Positions 1-9,927 of a stretch of DNA of 32,000 nt are shown here, piece by piece (positions within the stretch are counted from its first letter, which is position 1; each line of letters begins with the position of its first letter). The DNA comes from Blochmannia endosymbiont of Camponotus modoc (GTDB lineage: Bacteria; Pseudomonadota; Gammaproteobacteria; Enterobacterales; Enterobacteriaceae). The DNA lies in assembly GCF_023585785.1 (NCBI RefSeq), contig NZ_CP097765.1, positions 510,001-542,000 on the forward strand. The letters run 5' to 3'. The position numbers and the translations under genes were made by a program. The notes below the pieces were generated by a model. It searched no databases, was not told the DNA's origin, and saw only the letters and a list, made by a program, of their open reading frames with translations.

Positions 1-228
1 AACATCTTCTATTAAGTAAAAATGTTTCTGGCTCACTAAACTAAGTATGACTTGATTTACATGAGTATAATCGATATAAGACACTATACTTTGATGATCT
101 GCAAAAAATTCAGTATCACATGACAATTGCAAATCGAAAATTAATTTTTGCAAACAATTTTTTTCCCAATCATTTATACCGATATACGCCATTACTGTTA
201 GTCGCTCGATAAATAAGATATCCATCAT
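1..228 (-). CDS. folB: Dihydroneopterin aldolase, partial (C-terminus runs off the left edge); start ATG at 228 or 225
   Basis: Minus-strand translation MMDILFIERLTVMAYIGINDWEKNCLQKLIFDLQLSCDTEFFADHQSIVSYIDYTHVNQVILSLVSQKHFYLIEDV resembles E. coli FolB (MDIVFIEQLSVITTIGVYDWEQTIEQKLVFDI...). Divergent from plsY, as in enterics. Absent from the supplied ORF track. Confidence 0.93.
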   Translation of the reverse strand, partial: MMDILFIERLTVMAYIGINDWEKNCLQKLIFDLQLSCDTEFFADHQSIVSYIDYTHVNQVILSLVSQKHFYLIEDV

Positions 229-320
229 ATATTATATTTTTAATTACATAAAAAATTATTTATTTAAATGATATTGACTGTTTAATATACACACATATAC
301 ATATAAAATATATGTAATAA

Positions 321-938
321 TTGCTATTTAATCTCAATAAATTAATTATTATGATTTTTTTTTCTATTCTAATAACGATATTTGCTTATTTTTTAGGGTC
401 AATATCTAGCGCTATTTTAATATGCAAAATATTGCGTTTTCCAGACCCAAGAAATTTTGGCTCTAAAAATCCCGGTGCTACCAATATTTTACGTATCGCA
501 GGGCTTAAAATTGCAATTAGTGTGATTTTGTTTGATATATTAAAAGGAGCAATTCCAATGTGGTTAGGATATCATTTGAAAATTTCACCTATTTTTTTAG
601 GAACTACGGCTATTTTTTCCTGTATGGGACACATGTATCCCATATTTTTTAAATTTTATGGAGGAAAAGGTGTAGCTACCGCATTTGGAGTACTTACAAC
701 CATAGACCTTAATCTTTCTATAGTCATGATCAGTTCCTGGGCATTGACTGTGCTATCTTTTGGATATTCCTCACTGGGAGCCATCGTTACTGCGTTCATT
801 ATACCTTGTTATGCTTGGTATTTTCAATCTCAATATTTACTCCCAATAATCATAATATCTTCTTTAGTTGTAATAAAGCATGCATCTAATATTAAACGAT
901 TATGGCATCACAAAGAAACCCGTATTTGGCGTAATTAA
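321..938 (+). CDS. plsY: Glycerol-3-phosphate acyltransferase PlsY (YgiH); true start may be the internal ATG at 351
   Basis: ORF with PlsY motifs GSISSAIL, DPRNFGSKNPGATNILR, FKFYGGKGVATAFG and GYSSLGAI; multiple TM segments; next to folB. Confidence 0.96.
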   Translation: MLFNLNKLIIMIFFSILITIFAYFLGSISSAILICKILRFPDPRNFGSKNPGATNILRIAGLKIAISVILFDILKGAIPMWLGYHLKISPIFLGTTAIFSCMGHMYPIFFKFYGGKGVATAFGVLTTIDLNLSIVMISSWALTVLSFGYSSLGAIVTAFIIPCYAWYFQSQYLLPIIIISSLVVIKHASNIKRLWHHKETRIWRN

Positions 939-963
939 CATAAAAATATTACTAATACGTAAA

Positions 964-2001
964 TTATAATAATTGCTTTATTCGTGGAAGATCTTCTAAT
1001 GACCAGCGTGGTCTTACTAAAATTGATAAATCACTAAATAATCCAGCCTTTAATCTAATTAATCCAGCGTAAGCCACCATTGCGCCATTATCTGTACAAA
1101 ACTCCGGTCTAGGATAAAACAAGCTTCCTTGTAAGGTATACATCATCTTCAAAAGATACGATCTTAACGCGTGGTTAGCGCTAACACCTCCAGATATCAC
1201 TAAACATTTTAATCCGGTTTGATTCAAGGCACGGCGACATTTGATTGCTAATGTTTCAATAATTGCATCTTCAAACGCACGTGCAATATCAGCACAAGTT
1301 TGAGCATCATGAGAATTTGACATAATAGTATTTACAGTAAAAGTTTTTAAACCAGAAAAACTAAAATTCAAACCGGGGCGATCAGTCATAGGACGAGGAA
1401 ATACATAACGCTTCGAAATACCCTGTTGAGCCATTTTTGATAATAAAGCTCCTCCAGGATATTTTAATCCTAATAATATAGCAATCTTATCAAACACTTC
1501 TCCAACAGCATCATCAATAGATTCTCCTAATATTTTATATTCCCCTATATTGCTTGCAGACACAAGTTGAGTGTGTCCGCCGGATACTAATAATGCTATA
1601 AATGGAAAAGTAGGAACTTTTTTTTCTAACATTGGCGCTAATAAATGAGCTTCCATATGATGAATATCGATAGCGGGTATTTTCCAAGCATACGCAAGTG
1701 TTCTCCCAACAGTTGCTCCGACCAATAAGGCACCCATCAATCCAGGTCCAGCAGTGTATGCTATTCCATCGATATTTTTTGGCTCTAAACGAGCTCGATC
1801 TAGTGTACATAAAATTAAAGGAACTATTTTTCGTACATGATCACGAGCAGCTAATTCAGGAACAACCCCGCCATAATTAGCATGCAATTCATTTTGACTA
1901 TATACTTCATTAACTAATAATCCCTTATGTTGATCATAAATTGCTACACCTGTTTCATCACATGAAGTTTCAATACCTAAAACACGCATATAATACCCCA
2001 T
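964..2001 (-). CDS. tsaD: tRNA N6-adenosine threonylcarbamoyltransferase TsaD (Gcp/YgjD)
   Basis: ORF 345 aa, [58 protein letters not shown]; E. coli-like position beside rpsU. Start likely the internal ATG (MRVLGIE) at 1989. Confidence 0.97.
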   Translation of the reverse strand: MGYYMRVLGIETSCDETGVAIYDQHKGLLVNEVYSQNELHANYGGVVPELAARDHVRKIVPLILCTLDRARLEPKNIDGIAYTAGPGLMGALLVGATVGRTLAYAWKIPAIDIHHMEAHLLAPMLEKKVPTFPFIALLVSGGHTQLVSASNIGEYKILGESIDDAVGEVFDKIAILLGLKYPGGALLSKMAQQGISKRYVFPRPMTDRPGLNFSFSGLKTFTVNTIMSNSHDAQTCADIARAFEDAIIETLAIKCRRALNQTGLKCLVISGGVSANHALRSYLLKMMYTLQGSLFYPRPEFCTDNGAMVAYAGLIRLKAGLFSDLSILVRPRWSLEDLPRIKQLL

Positions 2002-2152
2002 ATTTGATTAACAATTACAAAATACTCACACTATTTATATTTCATGTCATAATATTTAATGTTATATTACAAAATAGCGGAAATATAGTTATTTATATAA
2101 AATAAGTAACAATAATCCTTAAATCAAAATATTAAATAATAGAGACAGATAT

Positions 2153-2368
2153 ATGCCAATAATTAAAGTGCGTGAAAATGAATCATTTGATGTAGCGTTG
2201 CGTCGTTTTAAAAGATCTTGTGAAAAATCAGGAATTTTATCTGAAGTACGTCGTAGAGAATTTTATGAAAAACCAACTACAGAACGTAAACGAGCCAAAG
2301 CATCGGCTATCAAACGTCATATAAAAAAACTATCTCGAGAAAATTTAAGACGTATTCGCTTGTATTAA
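2153..2368 (+). CDS. rpsU: 30S ribosomal protein S21
   Basis: 71-aa [59 protein letters not shown]..., near-canonical S21; first gene of rpsU-dnaG-rpoD. Confidence 0.99.
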   Translation: MPIIKVRENESFDVALRRFKRSCEKSGILSEVRRREFYEKPTTERKRAKASAIKRHIKKLSRENLRRIRLY

Positions 2369-2528
2369 ATAAGATTGTGGTTTTTCATGTGCAGAAATTA
2401 AACAATAAAAACTTATTTTTCTAATTATAAAATACTAAAGCGCATTTAGTGATATACATGACATTCAATCATCCATGATGATAATAATCATATTGTCTGT
2501 TCTCAATAACATGAGCTAAGGAGAGACA

Positions 2529-4274
2529 ATTACCCGAATCCCAAATACAGTAATTAATGAATTAATATCGCGTACTAATATTGTTGATTTAATTAGTCAA
2601 CGCGTTCCTTTAAAAAGACAAGGAAAGAATTTTTTAGCCTGTTGTCCATTTCATACTGAAAAAAATCCATCATTTACTGTTAATATCGAAAAACAGTTCT
2701 ATTATTGCTTCAGCTGTGGATCACATGGAAATGTAATAGATTTTTTGATGTATTATGATCGACTTACATTTATTGAAGCTATCAAAGAACTATCGATCAT
2801 GCACGGAATCTCAATAGAAAAAAATCCAAACGTTTGTCAACAAAATAACTATCTAAAAAATAACTTATATCAGTTAATGAATAAATTATGCGCATACTAT
2901 AAAAATATCTTAACCCAAAAAAAATATTTATACGCCTACAAATATTTGAAAAATCGTGGATTAAATACCAAAACTATTGATGATTTCAATATTGGATTTG
3001 CTCCGCCCAGATGGAATAATATAATACAAAAATTTAGTCTTACATTGTACGATCAAAAACTACTTGACCAATCAGGCATGTTAATTAGTAATAATACAAA
3101 AAAATATAAATATGACCGCTTTCGTGACCGATTGATGTTTCCTATACGAGATATAGCCGGAAGAATTGTGGCATTCGGAGGTCGTGTTATTACTCAAAAA
3201 AAAATACCCAAATATTTAAATTCACCAGATACCGAAATTTTTAAAAAAAGTCAACATTTATATGGCTTATACGAAGCGCGTATGAAACACAAAAATCTCT
3301 CTTGCATACTTTTAGTAGAAGGTTATATTGATGTTATTACGTTAACGCAATTTGGCATTAATTATGCAGTTGCTGCTTTAGGAACTTCTACTACTGATAA
3401 TCATATTCGATTGTTGTATAGTATTACTGATCAAATCATTTGTTGTTACGATGGCGATTATGCTGGTAAAAAAGCTGCTTGGCGTACATTAAATACTGCC
3501 CTACCGTATCTTACTGATGAACGTCAAATACATTTCGCATTTTTGCCTCATGGAGAAGATCCAGATACATTAATACGTAAAATAGGAAAGGACAACTTTT
3601 TAAAAAAATTAACTCAAACACAAGATTTATCAAATTTTTTATTTGAAACATTATCAAAAAAAACAAATTTACAAACATTATCGGGTCGAGTTAAATTAAG
3701 TAGTTTAATATTACCTATACTTAAAAAAATTCCAGGGAAAACACTGAAATTATGTTTACTGCAACAATTAGGCAACAAAATAGGGATTCTAGATGATAAT
3801 AAATTAAATCAATTGCTCACAAGCAAACCTATTACATATGCTAATAAAATAAACAGATGTTATATAAATAACAGAATAGAGCGCGTATTGGTAGGATTAT
3901 TAATACAAAATCCACGACTTTCTAAATTAGTACCAAGTGTACAAGGATTGGAACAATTGAAACAGGATGATATTGTAATGTTTATTGATTTAATCCAACT
4001 GTGCAAAATATATCCAATATCAACTTCTGCACAATTATTAGAGCATTATCGTGGAAATAAATTTTTTTCAAAACTTGAATCACTAGCATATTGGAATCAT
4101 TTAATTACAAATGATATGATAGAGACTACATTTATTGATGCTTTGACCAAATTATATAATCTAACTCTTGAAAAACGCCAAGAGCTACTTATTACTCGTG
4201 ATCGTACATCTGGTCTAACAACACAAGAACGTCAAGAATTATGGTTATTAAATCAAACATTATCGAAACATTAA
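2529..4274 (+). CDS. dnaG: DNA primase DnaG; proposed non-canonical ATT start at 2529-2531 (supplied ORF starts too late, at 2745)
   Basis: In-frame upstream extension reads (I/M)TRIPNTVINELISRTNIVDLISQRVPLKRQGKNFLACCPFHTEKNPSFTVNIEKQFYYCFSCGSHGNVIDFL, matching the E. coli DnaG N-terminus ([36 protein letters not shown]). In-frame stop TAA at 2517-2519; SD-like AAGGAG just upstream of ATT. Length from ATT is 581 aa. TOPRIM-type VEGYIDV present. Confidence 0.95.
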   Translation: MTRIPNTVINELISRTNIVDLISQRVPLKRQGKNFLACCPFHTEKNPSFTVNIEKQFYYCFSCGSHGNVIDFLMYYDRLTFIEAIKELSIMHGISIEKNPNVCQQNNYLKNNLYQLMNKLCAYYKNILTQKKYLYAYKYLKNRGLNTKTIDDFNIGFAPPRWNNIIQKFSLTLYDQKLLDQSGMLISNNTKKYKYDRFRDRLMFPIRDIAGRIVAFGGRVITQKKIPKYLNSPDTEIFKKSQHLYGLYEARMKHKNLSCILLVEGYIDVITLTQFGINYAVAALGTSTTDNHIRLLYSITDQIICCYDGDYAGKKAAWRTLNTALPYLTDERQIHFAFLPHGEDPDTLIRKIGKDNFLKKLTQTQDLSNFLFETLSKKTNLQTLSGRVKLSSLILPILKKIPGKTLKLCLLQQLGNKIGILDDNKLNQLLTSKPITYANKINRCYINNRIERVLVGLLIQNPRLSKLVPSVQGLEQLKQDDIVMFIDLIQLCKIYPISTSAQLLEHYRGNKFFSKLESLAYWNHLITNDMIETTFIDALTKLYNLTLEKRQELLITRDRTSGLTTQERQELWLLNQTLSKH

Positions 4275-4448
4275 TATAAAAATTACAAACTCTTTGGATT
4301 TAATGTCACTAATGAAAACAATCATGAAGATACCTCCTGAATGAAATTATTTTTTGTAATAATTTACTACGTATCATCGATAGATGGGGCATTACACCTC
4401 TATTAAACTTTTAAATATAAATATTATTTTGAAACGTGGGAGTATTTT

Positions 4449-6284
4449 ATGGAACATAACCCACAATCACAACTTAAGTTACTCGTCACACTCGGCAAAG
4501 AACAAGGATACTTAACTTTTTCCGAAGTTAATGATCATTTGCCAGAAGAAATCGTAGATCCTGGTCAAATCGAAAATATAATCCAAATGATGAATGATAT
4601 GGGTATTCAAGTCATGGAAGAAGCCCCTAATTCTGACGAGTTTTTATTAATCGAACACACTAATTCTACTAATGATGAGGAAGATGCAACAGAAGCAGCT
4701 GTACAAGCATTGACCAACGCTGACTCAGAGTTAGGTAGAACAACTGATCCAGTACGAATGTATATGCGAGAAATGGGTACTGTAGAATTATTAACACGAG
4801 AAGGTGAAATAGATATTGCTAAAAGAATTGAAGACGGAATAAATCAAGTACAATGTTCAGTTTCTGAATATCCAGAAGCAATTACTTATCTTTTAGAACA
4901 ATATAAACGCGTAGAAACTGGTGAAACACGCCTTTCAGATTTAATTACAGGTTTTGTAGATCCTGATATAAATGAAAATATATCAATACACACAAATATC
5001 AATCACATAACTGCTGAAGTTACGACTGAATCAATACCTGATGACGATGAAGAAGAAAATAATGATGAAAATAACATTGATCCAGAAATAGCCTATGTAA
5101 AATTTACAGCACTACGTAATCAGTATGAAATAACACGTAAAACGATTAAATATAATGGAAGAAATCACATTAAATCATCAAAAGAAATTTTGAAACTCTC
5201 TGAAATATTTAAACAATTTAGATTAGTTCCAAAGCAATTTGATTATTTAGTTAACAATATGCGCTCTATGATGGAAAGAGTACGTAAACAAGAACGATTA
5301 ATTATGAAATTATGTGTTGAAATTAGTAAAATGCCAAAAAAAAATTTCATAGCGTTATTTTCAGGAAACCAAACTAATAAAAAATGGTTTAATACAGCTT
5401 TGTCTATGCACACATCATGGTCAGAAAAATTATATAAAGTTGATGAAGATGTACAGAATAGTTTATCAAAATTACATCAAATTGAAAAAGAAACAGGACT
5501 AACAATAGAACAAGTGAAAGATATTAATCGTCGTATGTCTATTGGAGAAGCTAAAGCTCGAAGAGCTAAAAAAGAAATGGTTGAAGCTAATCTTCGTTTA
5601 GTTATATCTATTGCCAAAAAATATACAAATAGAGGATTACAATTTTTAGATTTAATACAAGAAGGTAATATTGGTTTAATGAAAGCCGTAGATAAATTTG
5701 AGTATCGTCGTGGTTATAAATTTTCTACTTACGCTACTTGGTGGATTCGTCAAGCAATTACTAGATCGATAGCCGATCAAGCACGTACTATCCGAATCCC
5801 AGTCCATATGATAGAAACTATTAATAAACTTAACCGAGTTTCTCGACAAATGCTACAAGAAATAGGACATGAACCAACTCCAGAAGAACTGGCAGAGCGT
5901 ATGCTTATGTCAGAAGATAAAATTAGAAAAGTGTTAAAAATTGCTAAAGAACCTATTTCTATGGAAACTCCTATAGGAGATGATGAAGATTCTCATCTTG
6001 GAGATTTTATTGAAGATACTAATCATGATTTACCTTTAGATTCAGCAACTTCAGATAACTTACGTACTGCTACTCATGATATACTTTCCGGATTGACTCC
6101 AAGAGAAGCTAAAGTATTGCGTATGCGGTTTGGTATTGATATGAATACTGATCATACTCTAGAAGAAGTAGGTAAACAATTTGATGTAACTCGTGAACGG
6201 ATTCGTCAAATAGAGGCAAAAGCTTTAAGAAAGCTACGTCATCCTAGTCGATCTGAAATATTGCGAAGCTTTTTGGATGATTAA
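4449..6284 (+). CDS. rpoD: RNA polymerase sigma-70 factor RpoD
   Basis: 611-aa ORF with regions 1.1 to 4.2: [90 protein letters not shown]. Confidence 0.99.
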   Translation: MEHNPQSQLKLLVTLGKEQGYLTFSEVNDHLPEEIVDPGQIENIIQMMNDMGIQVMEEAPNSDEFLLIEHTNSTNDEEDATEAAVQALTNADSELGRTTDPVRMYMREMGTVELLTREGEIDIAKRIEDGINQVQCSVSEYPEAITYLLEQYKRVETGETRLSDLITGFVDPDINENISIHTNINHITAEVTTESIPDDDEEENNDENNIDPEIAYVKFTALRNQYEITRKTIKYNGRNHIKSSKEILKLSEIFKQFRLVPKQFDYLVNNMRSMMERVRKQERLIMKLCVEISKMPKKNFIALFSGNQTNKKWFNTALSMHTSWSEKLYKVDEDVQNSLSKLHQIEKETGLTIEQVKDINRRMSIGEAKARRAKKEMVEANLRLVISIAKKYTNRGLQFLDLIQEGNIGLMKAVDKFEYRRGYKFSTYATWWIRQAITRSIADQARTIRIPVHMIETINKLNRVSRQMLQEIGHEPTPEELAERMLMSEDKIRKVLKIAKEPISMETPIGDDEDSHLGDFIEDTNHDLPLDSATSDNLRTATHDILSGLTPREAKVLRMRFGIDMNTDHTLEEVGKQFDVTRERIRQIEAKALRKLRHPSRSEILRSFLDD

Positions 6285-6602
6285 GTAAATATAATCTAGA
6301 AAACATGACTAATCGTTTCTATATGAGCATGATGTCAATATAGTTTTATATATACATTATTCAATGTATAACATAAAAAATAAAAAGAATTTTTATTGTA
6401 AAAAATGATATACATTATGATAATCAAACACATCAATAAATAAAAAACCAAATAATGTAGCAAAGATTAAAATTAATAAAAAATATTATATTATGTACGA
6501 TACATAATATTTTATTTAATAAATGAAACAAGTTATTATGTACATGAGGTGAGATTATTAATATAATGTGAATGCTCTTTATGTCATCATGATAGTCATC
6601 AA

Positions 6603-6677
6603 GGCCCCTTAGCTCAGATTGGTTAGAGCAGGCGACTCATAATCGCTTGGTCGCTGGTTCAAATCCAGCAGGGGCCA
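6603..6677 (+). tRNA. ileX: tRNA-Ile (anticodon CAU, lysidine-type ile2, ileX-like)
   Basis: GGCCCCTTAGCTCAGATTGGTTAGAGCAGGCGACTCATAATCGCTTGGTCGCTGGTTCAAATCCAGCAGGGGCCA; full cloverleaf, anticodon loop CTCATAA, close to E. coli ileX, which also lies downstream of rpoD. 3' CCA not encoded. Confidence 0.95.
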
Positions 6678-6748
6678 TTCCTTATATTTTAAAGTATTTT
6701 AAAAAATCAGTTGTTCTTCAATCAAAAATATGATGTTTTATTCTTAAT

Positions 6749-6772
6749 AAAAAACGTACCAGAATGGTACAC
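6749..6772 (-). terminator. Candidate intrinsic terminator downstream of yqjA (minus strand)
   Basis: Minus strand reads GTGTACC-ATTCT-GGTACGTTTTTT: stem GTACC/GGTAC plus two G:U wobbles, followed by a T-run (stem 6756-6770, T tract 6749-6754). Confidence 0.55.
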
Positions 6773-6844
6773 ATGACCATTCCTGTTATCAAAAAATATA
6801 AAATCTATATTTCTCCTTATTATTGATATATAATTAATTTTTTA

Positions 6845-7417
6845 CTACATATTATAATTATAATATGTAGTAAAAAATTCTAGTCGTTCTAAAAAGAACC
6901 CTAACACAATAAATACAAACACCCACAAAAACGAACTGATCCAATTGAATAATTGAAAACGAAAAGAACTTAATCCAGATATTCCTGCAATAATAGGTAA
7001 AACTGTTCGCACGAACGCTATAAAGCGACCAATAAAAAGAGCAGACAATCCATGTCTCTGGATCATATAATTCGCTCTTTGATAAAATGTATTAGGTAAA
7101 AGAGATAGCCAACGTTTTAAAATTTTGTTATTCTCCAAAAATTTACCTTGTAAATAACTAATCCAACTGCCTAAGCTTACAGCTATTGTTAAAATTCCTA
7201 AAGTAATAGTAAAGTTTAAAACACCTTGTGCAACCAATACCCCTAATATCACTAACAAACTATCCCCAGGCAAAAAAACAGCTGGAATAATAGCATTCTC
7301 CAAAAAAAGAATAAGAAATGCTAACGAATAAATAGCTAATGCTAATCTCACATTAGGAAAAAACACAATATTGTTTTGCCATAAAACTACATTTAGTAAT
7401 TCTTTTAAAATATTCAT
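6845..7417 (-). CDS. yqjA: DedA-family inner membrane protein, YqjA-like
   Basis: 190-aa ORF with LFLENAIIPAVFLPGDSLLVILGVLVA, GLSALFIGRFIAFVRTVLPIIAGISGLSSFRFQLFNWISSFLWV, highly similar to E. coli YqjA; C-terminus shorter. Confidence 0.88.
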   Translation of the reverse strand: MNILKELLNVVLWQNNIVFFPNVRLALAIYSLAFLILFLENAIIPAVFLPGDSLLVILGVLVAQGVLNFTITLGILTIAVSLGSWISYLQGKFLENNKILKRWLSLLPNTFYQRANYMIQRHGLSALFIGRFIAFVRTVLPIIAGISGLSSFRFQLFNWISSFLWVFVFIVLGFFLERLEFFTTYYNYNM

Positions 7418-8033
7418 TACTTACTAAATTCCATAGCGCACAAAATATCTAATTATTTAAACAAATGTAATTTATATTAATAATATTTACTCCAATTCAA
7501 TGAATTTTCCTTTAATAGTTTAAATATACTATCCCATTAAAATCTAAAATAACACTCTGATTCCATTTCAGAATGAATAATTTCTAATTAATTACTATAA
7601 TTCTCAATTTTTTTTTCGGAAAAATCGTTATAAAAACAACCAATCTATAATTTTTATAGCGCATATCAATATTATATGTTGATATCTATTTATATCTTCT
7701 TACATCATAATGTATTTCGATAAATACTACTATTATTTTATTCTTATTAAATGTAGTTTAAAAAAATATGTATTCCAATTATTAATTCAATCTTTAAAAA
7801 TTGACTTACACTATGCACAAAACATATCCATTCTAAAAACAACAACCATTTCTCATAAAATATATTATGATCAACAACTTATGAATTATTACATGTAATT
7901 TTGATTACCATCTAAATATAATTTTCAATAATCTTCCCTGAAGAAGCATTATTTAGATATGCAATGCTAAAAATATCCTTTATTATGAAATACAACAACA
8001 GCATACACGATGATTATATTTAAAATTTTTTAA

Positions 8034-8440
8034 AAGGAGTTAACCGATAAGCCGGGTTCTGTCTCGGACAATCATTCATCTAAACTAACATTCACACGCT
8101 AGTTTCAGCAGCTTACCCAAGTTCAGTACGGGCCATACTGTTGAACTTCTATTTAGCCTTGCTCCGAGTGGAGTTTACATAACGCGAACTGTTACCAATT
8201 CGGATGGTGTGCTCTTACCACGCCTTTTCACCCTTACCCATATTATTTTCTATAACAACATATTGTAAAAATAATTATCGGCGGTTTTCTTTCTGTTGCA
8301 CTTGTCGTAGATTGGTATCCCCCAGGTGTTACCTGGCACTCTGCCCTATGGAGCCCGGACTTTCCTCCCCTTCATTTGTAATTACAGCAACTATATAATT
8401 ACTGTAAACACAAAGAAGCAGCGATTGTCTAGCTAACTCC
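8034..8440 (-). ncRNA. rnpB: RNase P RNA (M1 RNA)
   Basis: Minus strand contains GGGGAGGAAAGTCCGGGCTCCATAGGGCAG, GTGCCAGGTAACACCTGGGGG, GTGCAACAGAAAG, GGGTAAGGGTG, GGTAACAG, TGGCCCGTACTGAAC-like core and 3' AGAACCCGGCTTATCGG; P1 ends GGAGTTAG (5') and AACTCC (3') can pair. Ends are approximate. Confidence 0.95.
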
Positions 8441-8449
8441 TCGAGGTAT

Positions 8450-8479
8450 ATTATAACCATTCTTTCTATGCTATGTCAT
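8450..8479 (-). promoter_or_regulatory. Candidate sigma70 promoter of rnpB
   Basis: Minus strand ATGACA (8479-8474) - 18 nt - TATAAT (8455-8450), placed 9 nt before the inferred 5' end of rnpB at 8440. Confidence 0.6.
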
Positions 8480-9371
8480 CAATCAATGACATCTGATCGT
8501 TAATCTTATTTAATTTTTCATCTAGATATTTCTTATAAAGCATATTCTTTTTTACACCATATATATATCCTGCTAAAATTGCAGCTCTTTTTACAGGTAA
8601 TTCAGATGCTAATAATCGCATGACCTGAAGTATTTTTGGGGACAATTCATTCTTTTTCAAACAATTTCCTGCTACAACTAAAACTATTTCTCCTTGAATC
8701 CGGGAATGATCTTTTTGTACCCAAGATAATAATTGACCAACAGGAGCTCCATAAATAGATTCCCATATTTTAGTTAATTCTCGAGCTAACACAACATGAC
8801 GATCTAACCCAAAAACGCTAACCATATCTTTTAAAGTATCTATTATACGATGTTTTACATCATAAAAAATTAACGTACGTGATTCTTCTGATAAATCTCG
8901 CAAACGATCTATGCGTAATTTATGTTTATGTGGTAAAAATCCTTCAAAACAAAAACGATCCGATGGTAAACCAGATCCACACAATGCAGTAATAGCAGCA
9001 CATGGTCCAGGCAAAGGAATAACTCGAATTTTTAATTTCTGACAAGATTGCACTAAACAATATCCTGGATCATTAATCAATGGAGTACCTGCATCAGAAA
9101 CCAAAGCGATACTTAATCCTCCTTGTAGTTTTGAAATCAACATTGGTATTCTTTTGTATTCATTGTATTGATGTAATATATATAAAGACGTATGAATAGA
9201 AAAAAAATCCAATAATATACGAGTACGACGTGTATTCTCTGCTGCAATACAGTCTACTTGACGTAATACTGATAAAGCCCGACACGTAATGTCTTGTAAA
9301 TTTCCAATAGGAGTCGGCACTATATACAACGCAGATACAAAATTGGGTATTGATGGTAGCATATTCTTCAC
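8466..9371 (-). CDS. rsmI: 16S rRNA (cytidine-2'-O)-methyltransferase RsmI (YraL)
   Basis: 301-aa ORF with YIVPTPIGNLQDITCRALSVLRQVDCIAAENTRRTRILLDFF, ALVSDAGTPLINDPGY, PLPGPCAAITALCGSGLPSDRFCFEGFLP. Confidence 0.96.
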   Translation of the reverse strand: MKNMLPSIPNFVSALYIVPTPIGNLQDITCRALSVLRQVDCIAAENTRRTRILLDFFSIHTSLYILHQYNEYKRIPMLISKLQGGLSIALVSDAGTPLINDPGYCLVQSCQKLKIRVIPLPGPCAAITALCGSGLPSDRFCFEGFLPHKHKLRIDRLRDLSEESRTLIFYDVKHRIIDTLKDMVSVFGLDRHVVLARELTKIWESIYGAPVGQLLSWVQKDHSRIQGEIVLVVAGNCLKKNELSPKILQVMRLLASELPVKRAAILAGYIYGVKKNMLYKKYLDEKLNKINDQMSLIDDIA

Positions 9372-9927
9372 ATATCAACATCTACTACAATGGATCTCAT
9401 ACTTATAAAATAAACAAAAAATATTTGCACATTCTTTACTAAAATCTTCAACATACTAATTAATCATTCTAATACGGAATTTTTATAAAAAAACAAATAA
9501 CTCAACTCCATTATCTGTTGTAACTAAATTACACTACAAATATTCCAGATAAATAATATTAAATTTTATGAATTAATCTTATTATTGTTAAAAAATTCTA
9601 ATATATTTCTAGTTTGCAGCTCTCAAAACATATTTTTGATATGTTTGACAACATTAAATGACAACAACCTTCGATTGTAACATCATTTTTCAATGAAATC
9701 CCCTATTAATATGGTATACTCTAAAAACAAATTGTAAATATCATTAAATATTAAAAATAATTTTACAAATATATTATAACTTTTACATATACTTTAATGA
9801 TTATATTATACTATGTCTATGACATAATTACTATTACTAGCTCTTTATCTCAAAACAGAGTATTTAAAATAAGTCTATTCATAAATCTGATAAAAACTAA
9901 CATTAGTATTATATTTTTCGGTTTTGA

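Noticed and set aside
1535-1880. Overlapping ORFs 1535..1810(-) and 1698..1880(+)
   Set aside because: Both overlap tsaD, which has clear homology; no recognisable protein motif.
7710-7898. 62-aa plus-strand ORF in the yqjA-rnpB spacer (considered as an MzrA remnant)
   Set aside because: Composition typical of AT-rich noise, no recognisable similarity to MzrA; cannot be supported from sequence alone.
8204-8398. Plus-strand ORF MVCSYHAFSPLPILFS...
   Set aside because: Lies entirely inside the antisense of rnpB; translation is a reading of RNase P RNA complement.
9160-9381. Minus/plus overlapping ORF on the strand opposite rsmI
   Set aside because: Antisense to the confidently identified rsmI.
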